DNA of 64,000 nucleotides. Origin: Patescibacteria group bacterium UBA3530. GTDB lineage: Bacteria > Patescibacteriota > Minisyncoccia > Phycocordibacterales > UBA2100. The stretch is from NCBI GenBank assembly GCA_002376945.1, contig DFOX01000016.1:1620-65619 (forward strand). The letters are read 5' to 3'. The notes beneath the pieces were generated by a model. It did no database searches, had not been told where the DNA came from, and worked only from the letters and a program-made list of their open reading frames with translations. Shown one piece after another: positions 29,606-40,434 of the stretch; position 1 is the first letter of the stretch, and every line of letters starts with the position of its first letter. The position numbers were made by a program, and so were the translations under genes.

Positions 29606-30250
29606 TTATGACATTGTTCCCAGGTGCGCAAAATCACTCCACGCATACAACTGCCACTTATGCGTATCATCAACCGTAAAGTACGTTATTCCCGTATTGC
29701 TCATCCTCATTCTATCCGCAACAAAATCAATATATACTTCAGGTGTGAGATGTGGCCCAAGGATGTGATGTGCGGTAAAGAACTTAAGAAAAAATCCATG
29801 AGATACAACGACTATATGCTGTTCCGGTCGTGATTCCAACAATGTAGTTAACTCGTATACTCTCCGTCGTACACTATCAAAATGCTCTCCTGACTCGGTA
29901 TTTGATTCATGCATCCATTCATAGTAGAAATTTCTCATGAGTTTCTTTGCTTTCGGATCGCTCTTGTGTAATTTTTTTAGTCCTTCCGGAACCTCGCGCT
30001 CACCGGCCATGGGGACAACTTCCAGTGGAACATTACACGTTTCGGTGATGGTACGCGCGGTGTCATGTGCACGTACAAAATCACTACTTAACACCACTTC
30101 AATGGGAATGTTCGTAAATCGCTCGGCCAAAAGATCGGCTTGCTCCTCACCGCGCTTGGTGAGTGGTGTTCTTCGATCACCCGCAACATGAGTGAGGTTG
30201 GACCGACTCTCGCCATGACGAACGAGGTATATGTGCTTCACGGTATCCAT
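29606..30250 (-). CDS. Histidine phosphatase family protein (phosphoglycerate mutase-like)
   Basis: 'IYLVRHGESRSN' RHG catalytic motif and 'VVVSHGFFLK' second His. Confidence 0.8.
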   Translation of the reverse strand: MDTVKHIYLVRHGESRSNLTHVAGDRRTPLTKRGEEQADLLAERFTNIPIEVVLSSDFVRAHDTARTITETCNVPLEVVPMAGEREVPEGLKKLHKSDPKAKKLMRNFYYEWMHESNTESGEHFDSVRRRVYELTTLLESRPEQHIVVVSHGFFLKFFTAHHILGPHLTPEVYIDFVADRMRMSNTGITYFTVDDTHKWQLYAWSDFAHLGTMS

Positions 30251-30251
30251 A

Positions 30252-31283
30252 TTACGCAAGAGACTCCATTAGTGCGATTTCCAACGGTAGTTGTCGAATA
30301 TAGGCATGTGGTGTTTGTGCATAGGCCGTGAGAAGCGCATCGAGGACACGGGCGTTGATTTTTGATGTTTTTGCGTGTGCAAGTTTTTGAAGGCGTGTAA
30401 AATCATCACCGCTAAACTGTTCTGCTAAAAATTTCTCCGCCGAAGGCGCATTCTTCAAAAGCAGTATCGCACGAACTCGGTCCAAGAGTAGCTTTTGAAA
30501 CACTACAAAATCGACATTGGCCTTATGTGCCTCAGCCACCGCAGCAAGTGCAGCATCAATTTTTCCATCGGCAATTGCTTGCACGAGCGCATGTATCAAT
30601 TCTCCACGTGGTGCTCCTGTGACTGATTCAACTTCACTCCTGGTAATATTCGCATCACGCGAATATGAAATTACCTTCTGAAGTACGCCAAACGCATCCC
30701 GAAATGACCCTTCTGCCAAAATCGCAATTAGTTCCGCCGCATCTTTTGCAAGCATCACATGCTCCTTCTTCGCTATTCTCGAAACTGCAGCGGCAAGTGT
30801 TGAACGTGTGGGTTTCTGAAACGTATAGGACTGGCATCGAGAAACAATGGTCTCGGGCAATTTATCAATTTCCGTTGTTGCAAGCACGAAAACAACATGC
30901 TGTGGTGGTTCTTCTAGTGTTTTCAAAAAGGCATTAAACGCATCTTTGGTGAGCATGTGTACCTCATCGATTATGTACACCTTATATTTTGAATCAAAAG
31001 GTAGTGTATGCACCGATTCATTGAGCTCTCTAAAATCATCAATCTTTCGATTCGACGCTGCATCCATTTCATACAGATCTTTCTCAGTCGTACCGATCTC
31101 TTTTGCAAGTATACGAGCAACTGATGTTTTACCGGTGCCACGTCCTCCTGCAAACAAGTATGCGTGCGCCATATTGCCATCTGAAATAGATTTTTTCAAA
31201 ACACCGACAACGTGCTCTTGACCCACAACCTCTTTAAATGTCTGTGGTCGATATTTTCTGTATAGTGCAATGTTATTCATCAC
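30252..31283 (-). CDS. dnaX: DNA polymerase III subunit gamma/tau (short form)
   Basis: 'FAGGRGTGKTSVARILA' Walker A, 'YIIDEVHML', and 'SRCQ' sensor motifs. 343 aa. Confidence 0.85.
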   Translation of the reverse strand: MMNNIALYRKYRPQTFKEVVGQEHVVGVLKKSISDGNMAHAYLFAGGRGTGKTSVARILAKEIGTTEKDLYEMDAASNRKIDDFRELNESVHTLPFDSKYKVYIIDEVHMLTKDAFNAFLKTLEEPPQHVVFVLATTEIDKLPETIVSRCQSYTFQKPTRSTLAAAVSRIAKKEHVMLAKDAAELIAILAEGSFRDAFGVLQKVISYSRDANITRSEVESVTGAPRGELIHALVQAIADGKIDAALAAVAEAHKANVDFVVFQKLLLDRVRAILLLKNAPSAEKFLAEQFSGDDFTRLQKLAHAKTSKINARVLDALLTAYAQTPHAYIRQLPLEIALMESLA

Positions 31284-31322
31284 TGTATAGTATATCAGAA
31301 AGTGATGGAAGCGGTTTTTGTC

Positions 31323-32282
31323 CTATGTGCCGTTTTGCAATACTGCTTCGACTTGGTTTGCGTTGGTGCACTTCATTAATGTACCACGCAACTCTTTTGC
31401 ACCGGCAAATCCCTCAACATAGCTGGCAAAGTGCTTCTTCATCGTTGCAAAACTTTTAATACCGGTAAATTCTTTCTCGAATAAGTTTGTGTGTGCAATG
31501 AGTGCATTCATTTTCTCTTCCTTTGTTGGCGTGTAGTCACTCATATTCCACGGATTCCCGTATATCCCCCTTCCGATCATAACGCCATCTGCGCCAGATT
31601 CCTGTGCTCGTTCCTTTGCGTGTGCGATTCCCGTAACGTCACCATTTCCGATAATCATTGTATCGCTTCCCAGTGCATCACGTATGGCAACCGCCTCTTG
31701 TATCGCTTCCCACTGTGCCGGAACTTTACTCATTTCCTTCCGTGTACGTGCATGTATCGTAATAGCGGCAGGTGCAGCTGTGAGTAGCGCGGGAAGCCAT
31801 GTTTTCAATTCATTTTCATGATACCCAATACGAGTCTTAACCGATACCGGCAACTCTCCGGCTCCTCGCTTCGCTGCCTGTATGAGTTCCACCGCAAGTT
31901 TGGGATTTCTGATAAGTGCTGAACCCGCACCTTGCTTTTCAACCGCACGATCGGGACATCCCATATTTATATCCACCCCATCAAAACCATGTGCACGCAC
32001 TATCGCAGCAGCGTATTCCATATGCTTGGGAGTTGCAGTGAATAATTGAGCGACAATGGGACGCTCTCGCTCGGTAAAGCGAAGCTTTGCTCTTAATTTC
32101 TCCTGCCCCCGCTCATTAGCGTACACCAGTCCATCAGCTGAAATAAACTCGGTGAACGTCACGTACGTGCCACCGTGTGCCTTGCTCTTTTTGGCGATAA
32201 TTGCACGAAATGCGGCATCAGTAACATCTTCCATCGGTGCAAGCACAAAGAAAGGTTTCGGTAACGTTTTCCAAAAATTCAT
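31323..32282 (-). CDS. dus: tRNA-dihydrouridine synthase
   Basis: 'LAPMEDVTDAAFR', 'GFDGVDINMGCP', and 'KTRIG' TIM-barrel motifs. Confidence 0.85.
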   Translation of the reverse strand: MNFWKTLPKPFFVLAPMEDVTDAAFRAIIAKKSKAHGGTYVTFTEFISADGLVYANERGQEKLRAKLRFTERERPIVAQLFTATPKHMEYAAAIVRAHGFDGVDINMGCPDRAVEKQGAGSALIRNPKLAVELIQAAKRGAGELPVSVKTRIGYHENELKTWLPALLTAAPAAITIHARTRKEMSKVPAQWEAIQEAVAIRDALGSDTMIIGNGDVTGIAHAKERAQESGADGVMIGRGIYGNPWNMSDYTPTKEEKMNALIAHTNLFEKEFTGIKSFATMKKHFASYVEGFAGAKELRGTLMKCTNANQVEAVLQNGT

Positions 32283-33142
32283 TGTGCTACGGTACCATCT
32301 TTCATGGTGTAGTACACCCTCTCTCCGAAACGCATATCAATATATGCCAATTCAGTGAGAACTGCTTTCAAATTATTCTCTTCGAGTATCGCGGATAAAT
32401 TGAAAATCTGTGCTCCGGTATCTTTATCAAGTGCGATGCGAAGATTCCAATTCCCTTCCTGTATGCGCAACGTTGCATCGGAATTTTCAAACGTAATTGT
32501 AGTAGCTGTTAATTCCATGGCGGATAAGTCTGTTAGTATTGTGTTCATTTTCTTAAAATACTTTTTGTTGACAAATTCTCGCAACGGGGTTTCCAAAACG
32601 CCTTCCACACCGCCAAAGAATAGTCGTTGATCGCGCGATGGAATCACCTTCTCAAAAAGAAAGCCCTCTGCATCCACCTTGTAGCAATCGAGAGTTTCCT
32701 GGCACCACACACCAAACGGTACTCGCTCAGTAATTAATACTTCCACCATTCCGGTAGTGAGTTTTGTACGTATTTTGACTGCACGTATATTTGGAAATGC
32801 CTGCAGTAGATTTTTCTCAAGAGCGTTTTTTGGATACAGCAGAAGATTATTTCTTGAAAACAGCAATGCGTACGGGCGCTCTGTCAATCGCCACAGATGT
32901 GCCTCAAGCATTTTTGTTTTGAGTACCTCGTTGCCGATAATCGATATAGCACGAACTGATGTATTTGGATGAAATGAAAGCCAACTCAGTGCTCCAAGTG
33001 CTCCAACTACTAATGAGCAGACGAATGCTCCATAGAGAAGCCGCCTTCGTCTCCGTTTCTGCAGAAGGTGAGATGGCGGAATCTTTCCGCGATGAAGACG
33101 CTTTATCGTTCTCTTCCGTCGAGAGTGACGTGTACGCCACAT
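32279..33142 (-). CDS. ftsQ: FtsQ/DivIB-like cell division protein (POTRA domain)
   Basis: Basic N-terminus, a single TM helix ('LLYGAFVCSLVVGALGALSWL'), then a POTRA-like 'VRAISIIGNEVL' domain. Its start overlaps the dus stop by 4 bp. Confidence 0.55.
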   Translation of the reverse strand: MWRTRHSRRKRTIKRLHRGKIPPSHLLQKRRRRRLLYGAFVCSLVVGALGALSWLSFHPNTSVRAISIIGNEVLKTKMLEAHLWRLTERPYALLFSRNNLLLYPKNALEKNLLQAFPNIRAVKIRTKLTTGMVEVLITERVPFGVWCQETLDCYKVDAEGFLFEKVIPSRDQRLFFGGVEGVLETPLREFVNKKYFKKMNTILTDLSAMELTATTITFENSDATLRIQEGNWNLRIALDKDTGAQIFNLSAILEENNLKAVLTELAYIDMRFGERVYYTMKDGTVAQ

Positions 33143-33146
33143 ACCT

Positions 33147-34421
33147 TTATCGTTTTTTGGTTATTTCAGTTTTTCCTCGCAGGTATGGTTGCAGTGCTTC
33201 GGGAATAGCGACCGATCCATCTGCGCGCTGATAGTTTTCAATCAAAGAAACCAAAATTCGTGGTGTTGGAATCGCGGTGCAGTTTAGAGAATGCACGTAG
33301 CGCATCTTTCCTTCTTCGTCTTTATACCGAATGTTGAATCGTCTCGTTTGAAAATCATGGAAGTATGATGCGGAACTGATTTCACGATACTTTTTTTCCA
33401 TAGGAACCCATAATTCGATATCGTATTTCTTTACTTGCCCCTGTCCCAAATCTCCCCCGCAGTTTGCGACGGTATGGTATGGAATACCGAGTGATTCGAT
33501 AAATTCTTCAGTATTTTTGTTCAACCAATCGTGCCATTTCACTGACTCTTCATGTGAGGCCTCGCATAAAATAACTTGTTCCACCTTATAGAATTCGTGT
33601 ACGCGAATCAAACCCTTGGTGTCCTTACCGTGACTTCCCGCCTCCCGTCTAAAACATGGTGAGAAAGAAAGGTATTTAATCGGCAACTGTGCCTTATCAA
33701 GCACCTCGTCTGAATGATATCCCATGGTTCCAATCTCTGCGGTGCCTGCAAGATAGTCACCATCTTGTGTGTGATACACATCATCAGCATCGTTTGGAAG
33801 ATGTCCGGTTCCGTATAGATTACTCTTTCGCACTATCGAAGGAACAATCATCGGATCGAATCCTTTTTCCATGAAGAAATCCATTGCGTAATTCCATATC
33901 GCATAACTCAACAAAGCTCCTTGATTTTTAAGAAAATATCCTCTGAATCCGGAGACCTTTACCCCTCTCTCAAAATCAACCATGTCCAATTCGGTCATGA
34001 TATCGATGTGACTTTTTGGTTCAAAATCAAAGGTTGTTTTCTCGCCCCACACTTTAATTTCTTGATTGTCCTCATCGTCAACTCCTTCAGGAACCGACAT
34101 GTCCGGAACATTTGGCACTTGCAACATGAGGGTTTGCCATTCGGTCATTACTTCCTTGAGCTCATCTTCTTCTTTTTGCAAAGCGGTTTTGAGCGTCTGC
34201 ATGCTGAGAATCATTTCATTCCGCTTCACGTCATCTTGTGCTGCTGCAATACTCTTTGTTACCTCGTTTTGCTTGGCCCGCTTTTCCTCCACGCCGAGGA
34301 GTATTTCCTTTCGCCTATCATCGAGTGTGATGAGCCGATCGAGGTCAATTTGCACGTGCTTCTTTTTCGCACCTGCCGCTACAACCTCTTTATTATCCCG
34401 AATGAATTTAATATCCAACAT
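33147..34421 (-). CDS. serS: Seryl-tRNA synthetase
   Basis: N-terminal coiled-coil arm and class II motifs ('FRREAGSHGKDTKGLIRVHEF', 'GQGQVKKYDIELW'). Confidence 0.95.
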   Translation of the reverse strand: MLDIKFIRDNKEVVAAGAKKKHVQIDLDRLITLDDRRKEILLGVEEKRAKQNEVTKSIAAAQDDVKRNEMILSMQTLKTALQKEEDELKEVMTEWQTLMLQVPNVPDMSVPEGVDDEDNQEIKVWGEKTTFDFEPKSHIDIMTELDMVDFERGVKVSGFRGYFLKNQGALLSYAIWNYAMDFFMEKGFDPMIVPSIVRKSNLYGTGHLPNDADDVYHTQDGDYLAGTAEIGTMGYHSDEVLDKAQLPIKYLSFSPCFRREAGSHGKDTKGLIRVHEFYKVEQVILCEASHEESVKWHDWLNKNTEEFIESLGIPYHTVANCGGDLGQGQVKKYDIELWVPMEKKYREISSASYFHDFQTRRFNIRYKDEEGKMRYVHSLNCTAIPTPRILVSLIENYQRADGSVAIPEALQPYLRGKTEITKKR

Positions 34422-34448
34422 ATCTTTTTGTTATGATGAAATCGTACT

Positions 34449-35309
34449 ATGGAGCAGGACATACATCAAATCACATACGAGGATTTCCCTTTACCGCTAA
34501 AGGAGATCGCTGACCCACCAAAGACGCTCTACGTTCGAGGACATGCTGACGTGCTCTTTGACCCCTCTGTTAAAAAGCTCGCCATTGTGGGATCTCGTAA
34601 GTGCAGCGCATACGGTGCAGATGTTGTGCAGTATCTTGTCAGTGGTCTCAAAGGACATCCCATATGTATTATTTCCGGTCTTGCGCTTGGAATTGATGCA
34701 CTCGCGCACGAAGCAGCTCTTGAGTACGGTCTGTGTACCGTGTCCGTTCCCGGCTCTGGAATTGCACATAGCGTACTCTACCCAAAGACAAACGTGAACC
34801 TTGCAGAACGCATCCTTGCCGAAGGCGGTTGTTTGTTAAATGAATTTTCCCCCACGCAAACCGCTACTAAATGGACGTTTCCAAAGCGAAATCGACTCAT
34901 TGCCGGATTGGCGGATGCAGTACTTATAATTGAAGCAGCTGAGCAATCAGGGACACTCATTACCGCTCGTTTAGCCAGCGAGTACAATCGTGACCTGTTC
35001 GTAGTTCCCGCATCCATCTTCGCAAAATCTTCAAGAGGTGCACATCAATTCCTCAAACTTGGTGCTATTCCCGTTACCACACCGGAAGATATTCTTGACC
35101 ATTTCGATCTGATGAAGACATCGCAGCACCCTCAGCGAACCCTCTCTCCTCCAGAGAGGGAAATCGTGACCATACTCGCTACACCAACACCGCGAGAGGA
35201 GGTTATTGAAGCGCTGTCGATGTCGATATCTGAGGCGGAAACACTGCTTTCAAAACTCGAACTTGATGGAATTATCAAGGAGCGTTTGGGGAAGCTATAC
35301 GTGCAATAA
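34449..35309 (+). CDS. dprA: DNA processing protein DprA (Smf)
   Basis: 'LAIVGSRKCSAYG' and 'ISGLALGIDALAHEAALE' DprA Rossmann motifs. It is divergent from serS across only 27 bp. Confidence 0.85.
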   Translation: MEQDIHQITYEDFPLPLKEIADPPKTLYVRGHADVLFDPSVKKLAIVGSRKCSAYGADVVQYLVSGLKGHPICIISGLALGIDALAHEAALEYGLCTVSVPGSGIAHSVLYPKTNVNLAERILAEGGCLLNEFSPTQTATKWTFPKRNRLIAGLADAVLIIEAAEQSGTLITARLASEYNRDLFVVPASIFAKSSRGAHQFLKLGAIPVTTPEDILDHFDLMKTSQHPQRTLSPPEREIVTILATPTPREEVIEALSMSISEAETLLSKLELDGIIKERLGKLYVQ

Positions 35310-35347
35310 TTTTGCATTTTTTGCAAAGTCATGTAACGCTGCTCGCT

Positions 35348-37522
35348 ATGAAGCTTGTGATCGTGGAAAGCCCGGCAAAAGCCAAGACCATCGAGAAGTA
35401 TCTCGGAGAGGGTTTTACCGTGCGCGCAAGTGTCGGTCATGTGCGTGATTTACCCAAGAGCAACAAGGAGGCAATCGCCGTTGATAAAGGTTTCACCCCT
35501 CATTACGAAATTTCTCCTGCAAAGCACGATGTGATTTCTGAACTCAAAAAGATTTCAAAAAAGGCAGAGGAAGTGATTCTTGCAACTGACCCTGACCGAG
35601 AAGGTGAAGCAATCGCTTGGCATTTAGAACAAGTCTTGGGGCTTCACAATCCAAAGCGAATTGTTTTTAACGAAATTACCAAAGATGCGATTCGAGCTGC
35701 TCTTGAAAATCCACGCACGATAGATACGAATCTGCGTGAGGCACAGGAAGCTCGCCGGGTACTTGACCGACTTGTTGGTTACGATCTCTCGGGGCTGATT
35801 TGGAAAAAGGTGCGCTATGGGCTTTCTGCAGGACGCGTACAGTCCCCCGCGCTTCGTATCCTAATGGAACGGGAACGTGAAATACGTGCATTTACACCGG
35901 AGGCATTCTGGGTGATAACTGCTGATACGAAAACAGCTGCCGGGCATGACATTACATTCTCCTGTATTGAGGAACCAAAGACGCACGAGGCGGCGCATGC
36001 AATCGTCACAATTGCCGAACGTGAATCTTGGAAGGTAAAGGAAATTAAGGAGAGCGCGGCAAAAAGAGCTCCACGAGCTCCATTTACCACTTCAACACTA
36101 CAGCAAGCGGCGAGTTCACGTTTGGGATATGCACCTTCGCGCACAATGGGTATTGCACAGAAACTGTACGAAGCAGGACTCATTACGTATATGCGTACCG
36201 ATAGCACATCCCTTTCATCACAAGCTCGTGAGAACATTGCAGATGTCATTACAGACACATACGGAAAAGATCATCTCCATACGAAGCAATATGCGACTCA
36301 ATCAAAATCTGCCCAAGAAGCACATGAAGCAGTGCGTCCGGCAGATGTACGTAAAACAACAGCAGGTCGCACCGAAGAACAGAAACGATTATATTCCCTT
36401 ATTTGGGCTCGCACGGTGGCCAGCCAGATGATTGAAGCCGAGATAGCACGCACAAAAATTACCGCGCATGTATCTGGTATTCCTGATTTTACCGTAACCG
36501 GATCACGTGTGGTGAGAGAGGGGTGGCTTCGGGCTGACCCCACAGCTCGCGGGGAAGATGTTGAATTGCCACCCGTGCAAAAAGGGGATGCGCTTTCATT
36601 GATTGCAATCAATGCCGAAGGAAAGGAAACACAACCGCCACCACGATATACAGAAGCGCGTTTGATTAAGGAACTCGAGAAACGTGGTATTGGACGACCA
36701 AGTACATATGCCGCTATTATGCGGACACTTGCTGATCGCGGTTATGTAACCAAAGAGGGACGTACCCTCATCCCAACCGACACTGGGGATGTGGTTAGTT
36801 CATTTTTGGAAAAACACTTTGCACGCTATGTAAGTGATACCTTTACTGCTGAAATGGAAGATGAGCTTGATGAGATTGCTACGGGTACACGTGGGTATGC
36901 GAAAACTCTTTCAGATTTTTACACCCCATTCTCCAAAGAGGTGGCATCAAAAGAGCACGTGCCGAAGTTAACTAATCTCGGACCAGCACCGGAAGAATTT
37001 ACCTGTCCTGAATGTGGCGCCGATATGGTATACAAATTGGCCAAGCATGGAAAGTTTATGAGTTGTGCAAAATTTCCTGACTGTCATGGAGCACGAAAGG
37101 AAGATGGTGCTATCATCGAACCTCCAAAGGAGATTGGGGAACCCTGTCCTGAGTGCGGTACGCCGTCTGCAAGAAGCAAACAGGTACCGGGAAAACTGGT
37201 GGAGCGCGAAGGACGGTTTGGTATGTTTATCTCCTGTGATCGCTATCCGAAGTGCAAATATATCAAGCAAGATACTACTTTGAATTCAACCGGGGTTGCG
37301 TGTACTGAATGCAAGGATGGAGAACTTATCGAACGACATGGACGTTTTGGAACCTTCTACAGTTGTTCCCATTACCCGGAATGCAAACTGGCGATAAAGG
37401 CAAAGCCCACTGGAGCGCACTGTCCACTGTGCAACAAACTTATGATGGAGGGGACTAAGACAATACCTGAGCGATGTAGTGATAAGAGTTGCCCCAACCA
37501 TAACCCACACAAGCTGAAATAG
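35348..37522 (+). CDS. topA: DNA topoisomerase I
   Basis: 'MKLVIVESPAKAKTIEKYLG' Toprim start and the active-site Tyr region, plus C-terminal repeated C4 zinc ribbons ('CPECGADM', 'CPECGTP', 'CTECKDG', 'CPLCNK'). The ATG (MKL) at 35348 is preferred over the ORF-track start. Confidence 0.95.
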   Translation: MKLVIVESPAKAKTIEKYLGEGFTVRASVGHVRDLPKSNKEAIAVDKGFTPHYEISPAKHDVISELKKISKKAEEVILATDPDREGEAIAWHLEQVLGLHNPKRIVFNEITKDAIRAALENPRTIDTNLREAQEARRVLDRLVGYDLSGLIWKKVRYGLSAGRVQSPALRILMEREREIRAFTPEAFWVITADTKTAAGHDITFSCIEEPKTHEAAHAIVTIAERESWKVKEIKESAAKRAPRAPFTTSTLQQAASSRLGYAPSRTMGIAQKLYEAGLITYMRTDSTSLSSQARENIADVITDTYGKDHLHTKQYATQSKSAQEAHEAVRPADVRKTTAGRTEEQKRLYSLIWARTVASQMIEAEIARTKITAHVSGIPDFTVTGSRVVREGWLRADPTARGEDVELPPVQKGDALSLIAINAEGKETQPPPRYTEARLIKELEKRGIGRPSTYAAIMRTLADRGYVTKEGRTLIPTDTGDVVSSFLEKHFARYVSDTFTAEMEDELDEIATGTRGYAKTLSDFYTPFSKEVASKEHVPKLTNLGPAPEEFTCPECGADMVYKLAKHGKFMSCAKFPDCHGARKEDGAIIEPPKEIGEPCPECGTPSARSKQVPGKLVEREGRFGMFISCDRYPKCKYIKQDTTLNSTGVACTECKDGELIERHGRFGTFYSCSHYPECKLAIKAKPTGAHCPLCNKLMMEGTKTIPERCSDKSCPNHNPHKLK

Positions 37523-37566
37523 TACAATTATTTTGAAAAAACGAGTGTATACCGTACCATACATAC

Positions 37567-39135
37567 ATGGCTATACTCGGCTCAACAACCAAATCACCTC
37601 CGGCTGCCTTGCAAAAAATACTTGGACTGATGGAGTTGAAGGATAAACATGATGTACAGTTTGTAAGCAGTGCATACGAGCTGGCACGTCGCGCACATCG
37701 GGGACAAAAGCGGTATTCGGGAGAACCCTATCTCAATCATCTTGTTGCCACTGCGGAGTATCTGGCAAAAATTGGTATGGGACCAACAATCGTTGCAGCA
37801 GGGTTGCTCCACGACACACTTGAGGACACTTCTGTTACGGAAGAAGAAATTACCGAGCAACTCAGTGTTGACGTTTGTGAACTTGTACAGGGTGTTACCA
37901 AACTTGGCCATGTGCGCTACCACGGTATGCAGCGGCACACTGAAAGTTTACGTAAATTGTTCGCCGCAACTTCCCAAGACGTTCGTGTAATGCTCATTAA
38001 ACTTGCCGATCGATTGCATAATGCGAGAACATTGGAACATGTACCGAACCAAGAGAAGAGAGAACGTATTGCTCATGAGACACTTGAAATATATGCTCCC
38101 ATCGCTGATCGACTCGGTATGGGGTTGATGAAGCGTGAATTGGAGGACGCGGTATTTCCATATGCATACCCAGAGGCATACGAACGTGTGCTTGCAATAT
38201 TTAAGGATGAAGGCGGCGATGATTTGCGTCGACTGGAGCACATTCACAACAATGTCCGAAGGAAAATTGCTGAGTACGGTGTCAAAAATTTTAAAACAAA
38301 GAATCGTGTGAAAGGGCTCTACAGTTTGTACAGAAAGTTAGAAAGGAAAGATTGGGATCCGAGCAAAATATATGATATTTGGGCACTTCGCATCATCGTT
38401 GATTCAATAACCGATTGCTATACCGTATTGGGTATTGTGCACGGTGAATGGAGACCGCTATACGGACGATTAAAAGACTACATTGCGTCGCCAAAGCCAA
38501 ATGGGTATAAAAGTATCCATACCAATGTGCACACCGGAGAAGGTGATAGTATTGAAATTCAAATTCGAACAAGAGAGATGCATAAAGAAGCACAGCTTGG
38601 TATCGCATCTCATTTTTCATATAAAGCGCAAGTGCAAAAACATTCCACCGGTGCAGTAAGTTGGATTCGTCAATTCATACCCGTTCGCATATGGATGGAA
38701 GGACAAGGACGTACCTCCACCGGAGAAACTAGACATACCTATACAAACGAAGAGACTCCGGAATGGATTAAACACATATCCGACCCAAAGCAAGTCGGTT
38801 CTGAAGATCCTCATGTATTCCTGCAAGATATGAAAAGTGATTTCTTTAGTCACCGTGTATTTGTGTATACTCCCCGTGGTGATGTTATCGACCTGCCCGT
38901 AGATTCCAGTCCGATAGATTTTGCCTATGCCATTCATTCTGATATAGGGAACCACATGGGAGGTGCCAAAGTTAACGGAAAAATGGCTTCCCTTGATACA
39001 CATTTACACAATGGTGATATTGTGGAAATTATGACAAACCAAAAATCACACCCCACTCAGAAGTGGCTCGACTTAGCAAAAACAACTCTTGCCAAACGTC
39101 ACATCCGCTCATATCTGCAAAAAGACACTGCTTAA
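37567..39135 (+). CDS. rel: Bifunctional (p)ppGpp synthetase/hydrolase (RelA/SpoT family, compact)
   Basis: HD domain ('LLHDTLEDT'), synthetase motifs ('YKSIHTNVH', 'EIQIRT'), and a C-terminal TGS. 522 aa with no ACT domain. Confidence 0.9.
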   Translation: MAILGSTTKSPPAALQKILGLMELKDKHDVQFVSSAYELARRAHRGQKRYSGEPYLNHLVATAEYLAKIGMGPTIVAAGLLHDTLEDTSVTEEEITEQLSVDVCELVQGVTKLGHVRYHGMQRHTESLRKLFAATSQDVRVMLIKLADRLHNARTLEHVPNQEKRERIAHETLEIYAPIADRLGMGLMKRELEDAVFPYAYPEAYERVLAIFKDEGGDDLRRLEHIHNNVRRKIAEYGVKNFKTKNRVKGLYSLYRKLERKDWDPSKIYDIWALRIIVDSITDCYTVLGIVHGEWRPLYGRLKDYIASPKPNGYKSIHTNVHTGEGDSIEIQIRTREMHKEAQLGIASHFSYKAQVQKHSTGAVSWIRQFIPVRIWMEGQGRTSTGETRHTYTNEETPEWIKHISDPKQVGSEDPHVFLQDMKSDFFSHRVFVYTPRGDVIDLPVDSSPIDFAYAIHSDIGNHMGGAKVNGKMASLDTHLHNGDIVEIMTNQKSHPTQKWLDLAKTTLAKRHIRSYLQKDTA

Positions 39136-40139
39136 ACGACGAAGTTTTTAAGAGAGTACAAATCTTCTTCTTCCTCTTCAGGAATGGTCTCCTCAATTTT
39201 TTCCGGAGGTTCCACTACTTCCGCATCAGACGTAAACTGCAGCAATGGTGACGGAACCGGTTCAGTTGCTGATGCTATTACTTCCTTCTCCTCCGCCGAA
39301 TGCTTCTCTGATGTTGTCACACCCCCTATTCTTGAGAGAAGTGTTTGGATATCTTCCTGACTAAAGAAATCAATGTGTACTTTCCCTCCGTTTTCTCTCG
39401 GGTCAATTTGCACACGCGTACCGAGTTTTTCTGTTAAAGCGCGTTCAAGTGTCGCAAGTTCTGGTGAAAGATCTTGTTTGCGAGCTCTCTCAACTGCAAT
39501 TCCACGAGCAATGCGCTCAGCTTCCCGAACGGTCAATTTTTTTGCAATAATCTCGTTAAACAAATCGTCTTGTTGCTGTTTGCGATCCGAGAGCATAAGA
39601 ATCGGACGTGTATGGCCTTCGGTAATATGTCCGGCGATCACTGCTGATTGAATATCACTTGGCAGTGCCAATAATCGTAAAGAATTCGATACATACTCTC
39701 TACTCTTTCCCACTTTTTTAGCAATTTCAATATGCTTTAAGTTAAAATTATCCGCAAGCTGCTTAAATGCAAGTGCTCGATCAATAGGGTTTAAATCCTC
39801 ACGTTGTAAGTTTTCGATAATGGCAATCTCAAGCTTCATCTTATCCGAATCTTCCGAACTTCGGATAAGGACCGGTACTTGCGTTAGTTGTGCCAATTTA
39901 GAAGCGCGCAAGCGTCGTTCTCCTGCCACAAGCTCATATTCCACTGAAATACCACCGTCACCTCTTTCAAATTCTTTGCGGGTGACTACCAGTGGTTGTA
40001 GCACTCCATACTGTCGAATTGAATCAGCCAAACTTTCCAAAGCCTCCTGGTCAAATTCCCTTCGAGGTTGAAAGGGGTTTGGTTGAATGCGATTCACCTC
40101 GATCCAAAATACCGCATTGTCATAGAATTCTGATGCCAT
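39132..40139 (-). CDS. parB: Chromosome partitioning protein ParB (Spo0J)
   Basis: 'LVAGERRLRASKLA' ParB box and an HTH ('IEIAKKVGKSREYVSNSLRLL'), with an acidic C-terminal tail. Confidence 0.85.
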   Translation of the reverse strand: MASEFYDNAVFWIEVNRIQPNPFQPRREFDQEALESLADSIRQYGVLQPLVVTRKEFERGDGGISVEYELVAGERRLRASKLAQLTQVPVLIRSSEDSDKMKLEIAIIENLQREDLNPIDRALAFKQLADNFNLKHIEIAKKVGKSREYVSNSLRLLALPSDIQSAVIAGHITEGHTRPILMLSDRKQQQDDLFNEIIAKKLTVREAERIARGIAVERARKQDLSPELATLERALTEKLGTRVQIDPRENGGKVHIDFFSQEDIQTLLSRIGGVTTSEKHSAEEKEVIASATEPVPSPLLQFTSDAEVVEPPEKIEETIPEEEEEDLYSLKNFVV

Positions 40140-40247
40140 GCGCGATAGTATACCACAGTGTCTATGGTAACTTTGTGTGCAAAAGTGGAAATATACTGCG
40201 TGTAACATGCATTCATGACAAAATCATGTACAATGCGTCCATCGCAT

Positions 40248-40329
40248 GCCGAGGTGGCGGAATTGGTAGACGCGCGCGACTCAAAATCGCGTTCCTTCGG
40301 GAGTGGGGGTTCGATTCCCCCCTTCGGCA
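40248..40329 (+). tRNA. tRNA-Leu (anticodon CAA), type II with long variable arm
   Basis: Manual fold of GCCGAGGTGGCGGAATTGGTAGACGCGCGCGACTCAAAATCGCGTTCCTTCGGGAGTGGGGGTTCGATTCCCCCCTTCGGCA. Anticodon loop CTCAAAA and variable stem-loop TCC-TTCG-GGA. Confidence 0.85.
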
Positions 40330-40434
40330 CAGACTGTAGTTTTTCCAGCCAGTGGATGATATCTATTTCGCTACTGTCCATAGTAGTATCGTGTTATAGT
40401 GCGCTGAGCTGTTGTTTTAGGAGGGGGTGAAAAA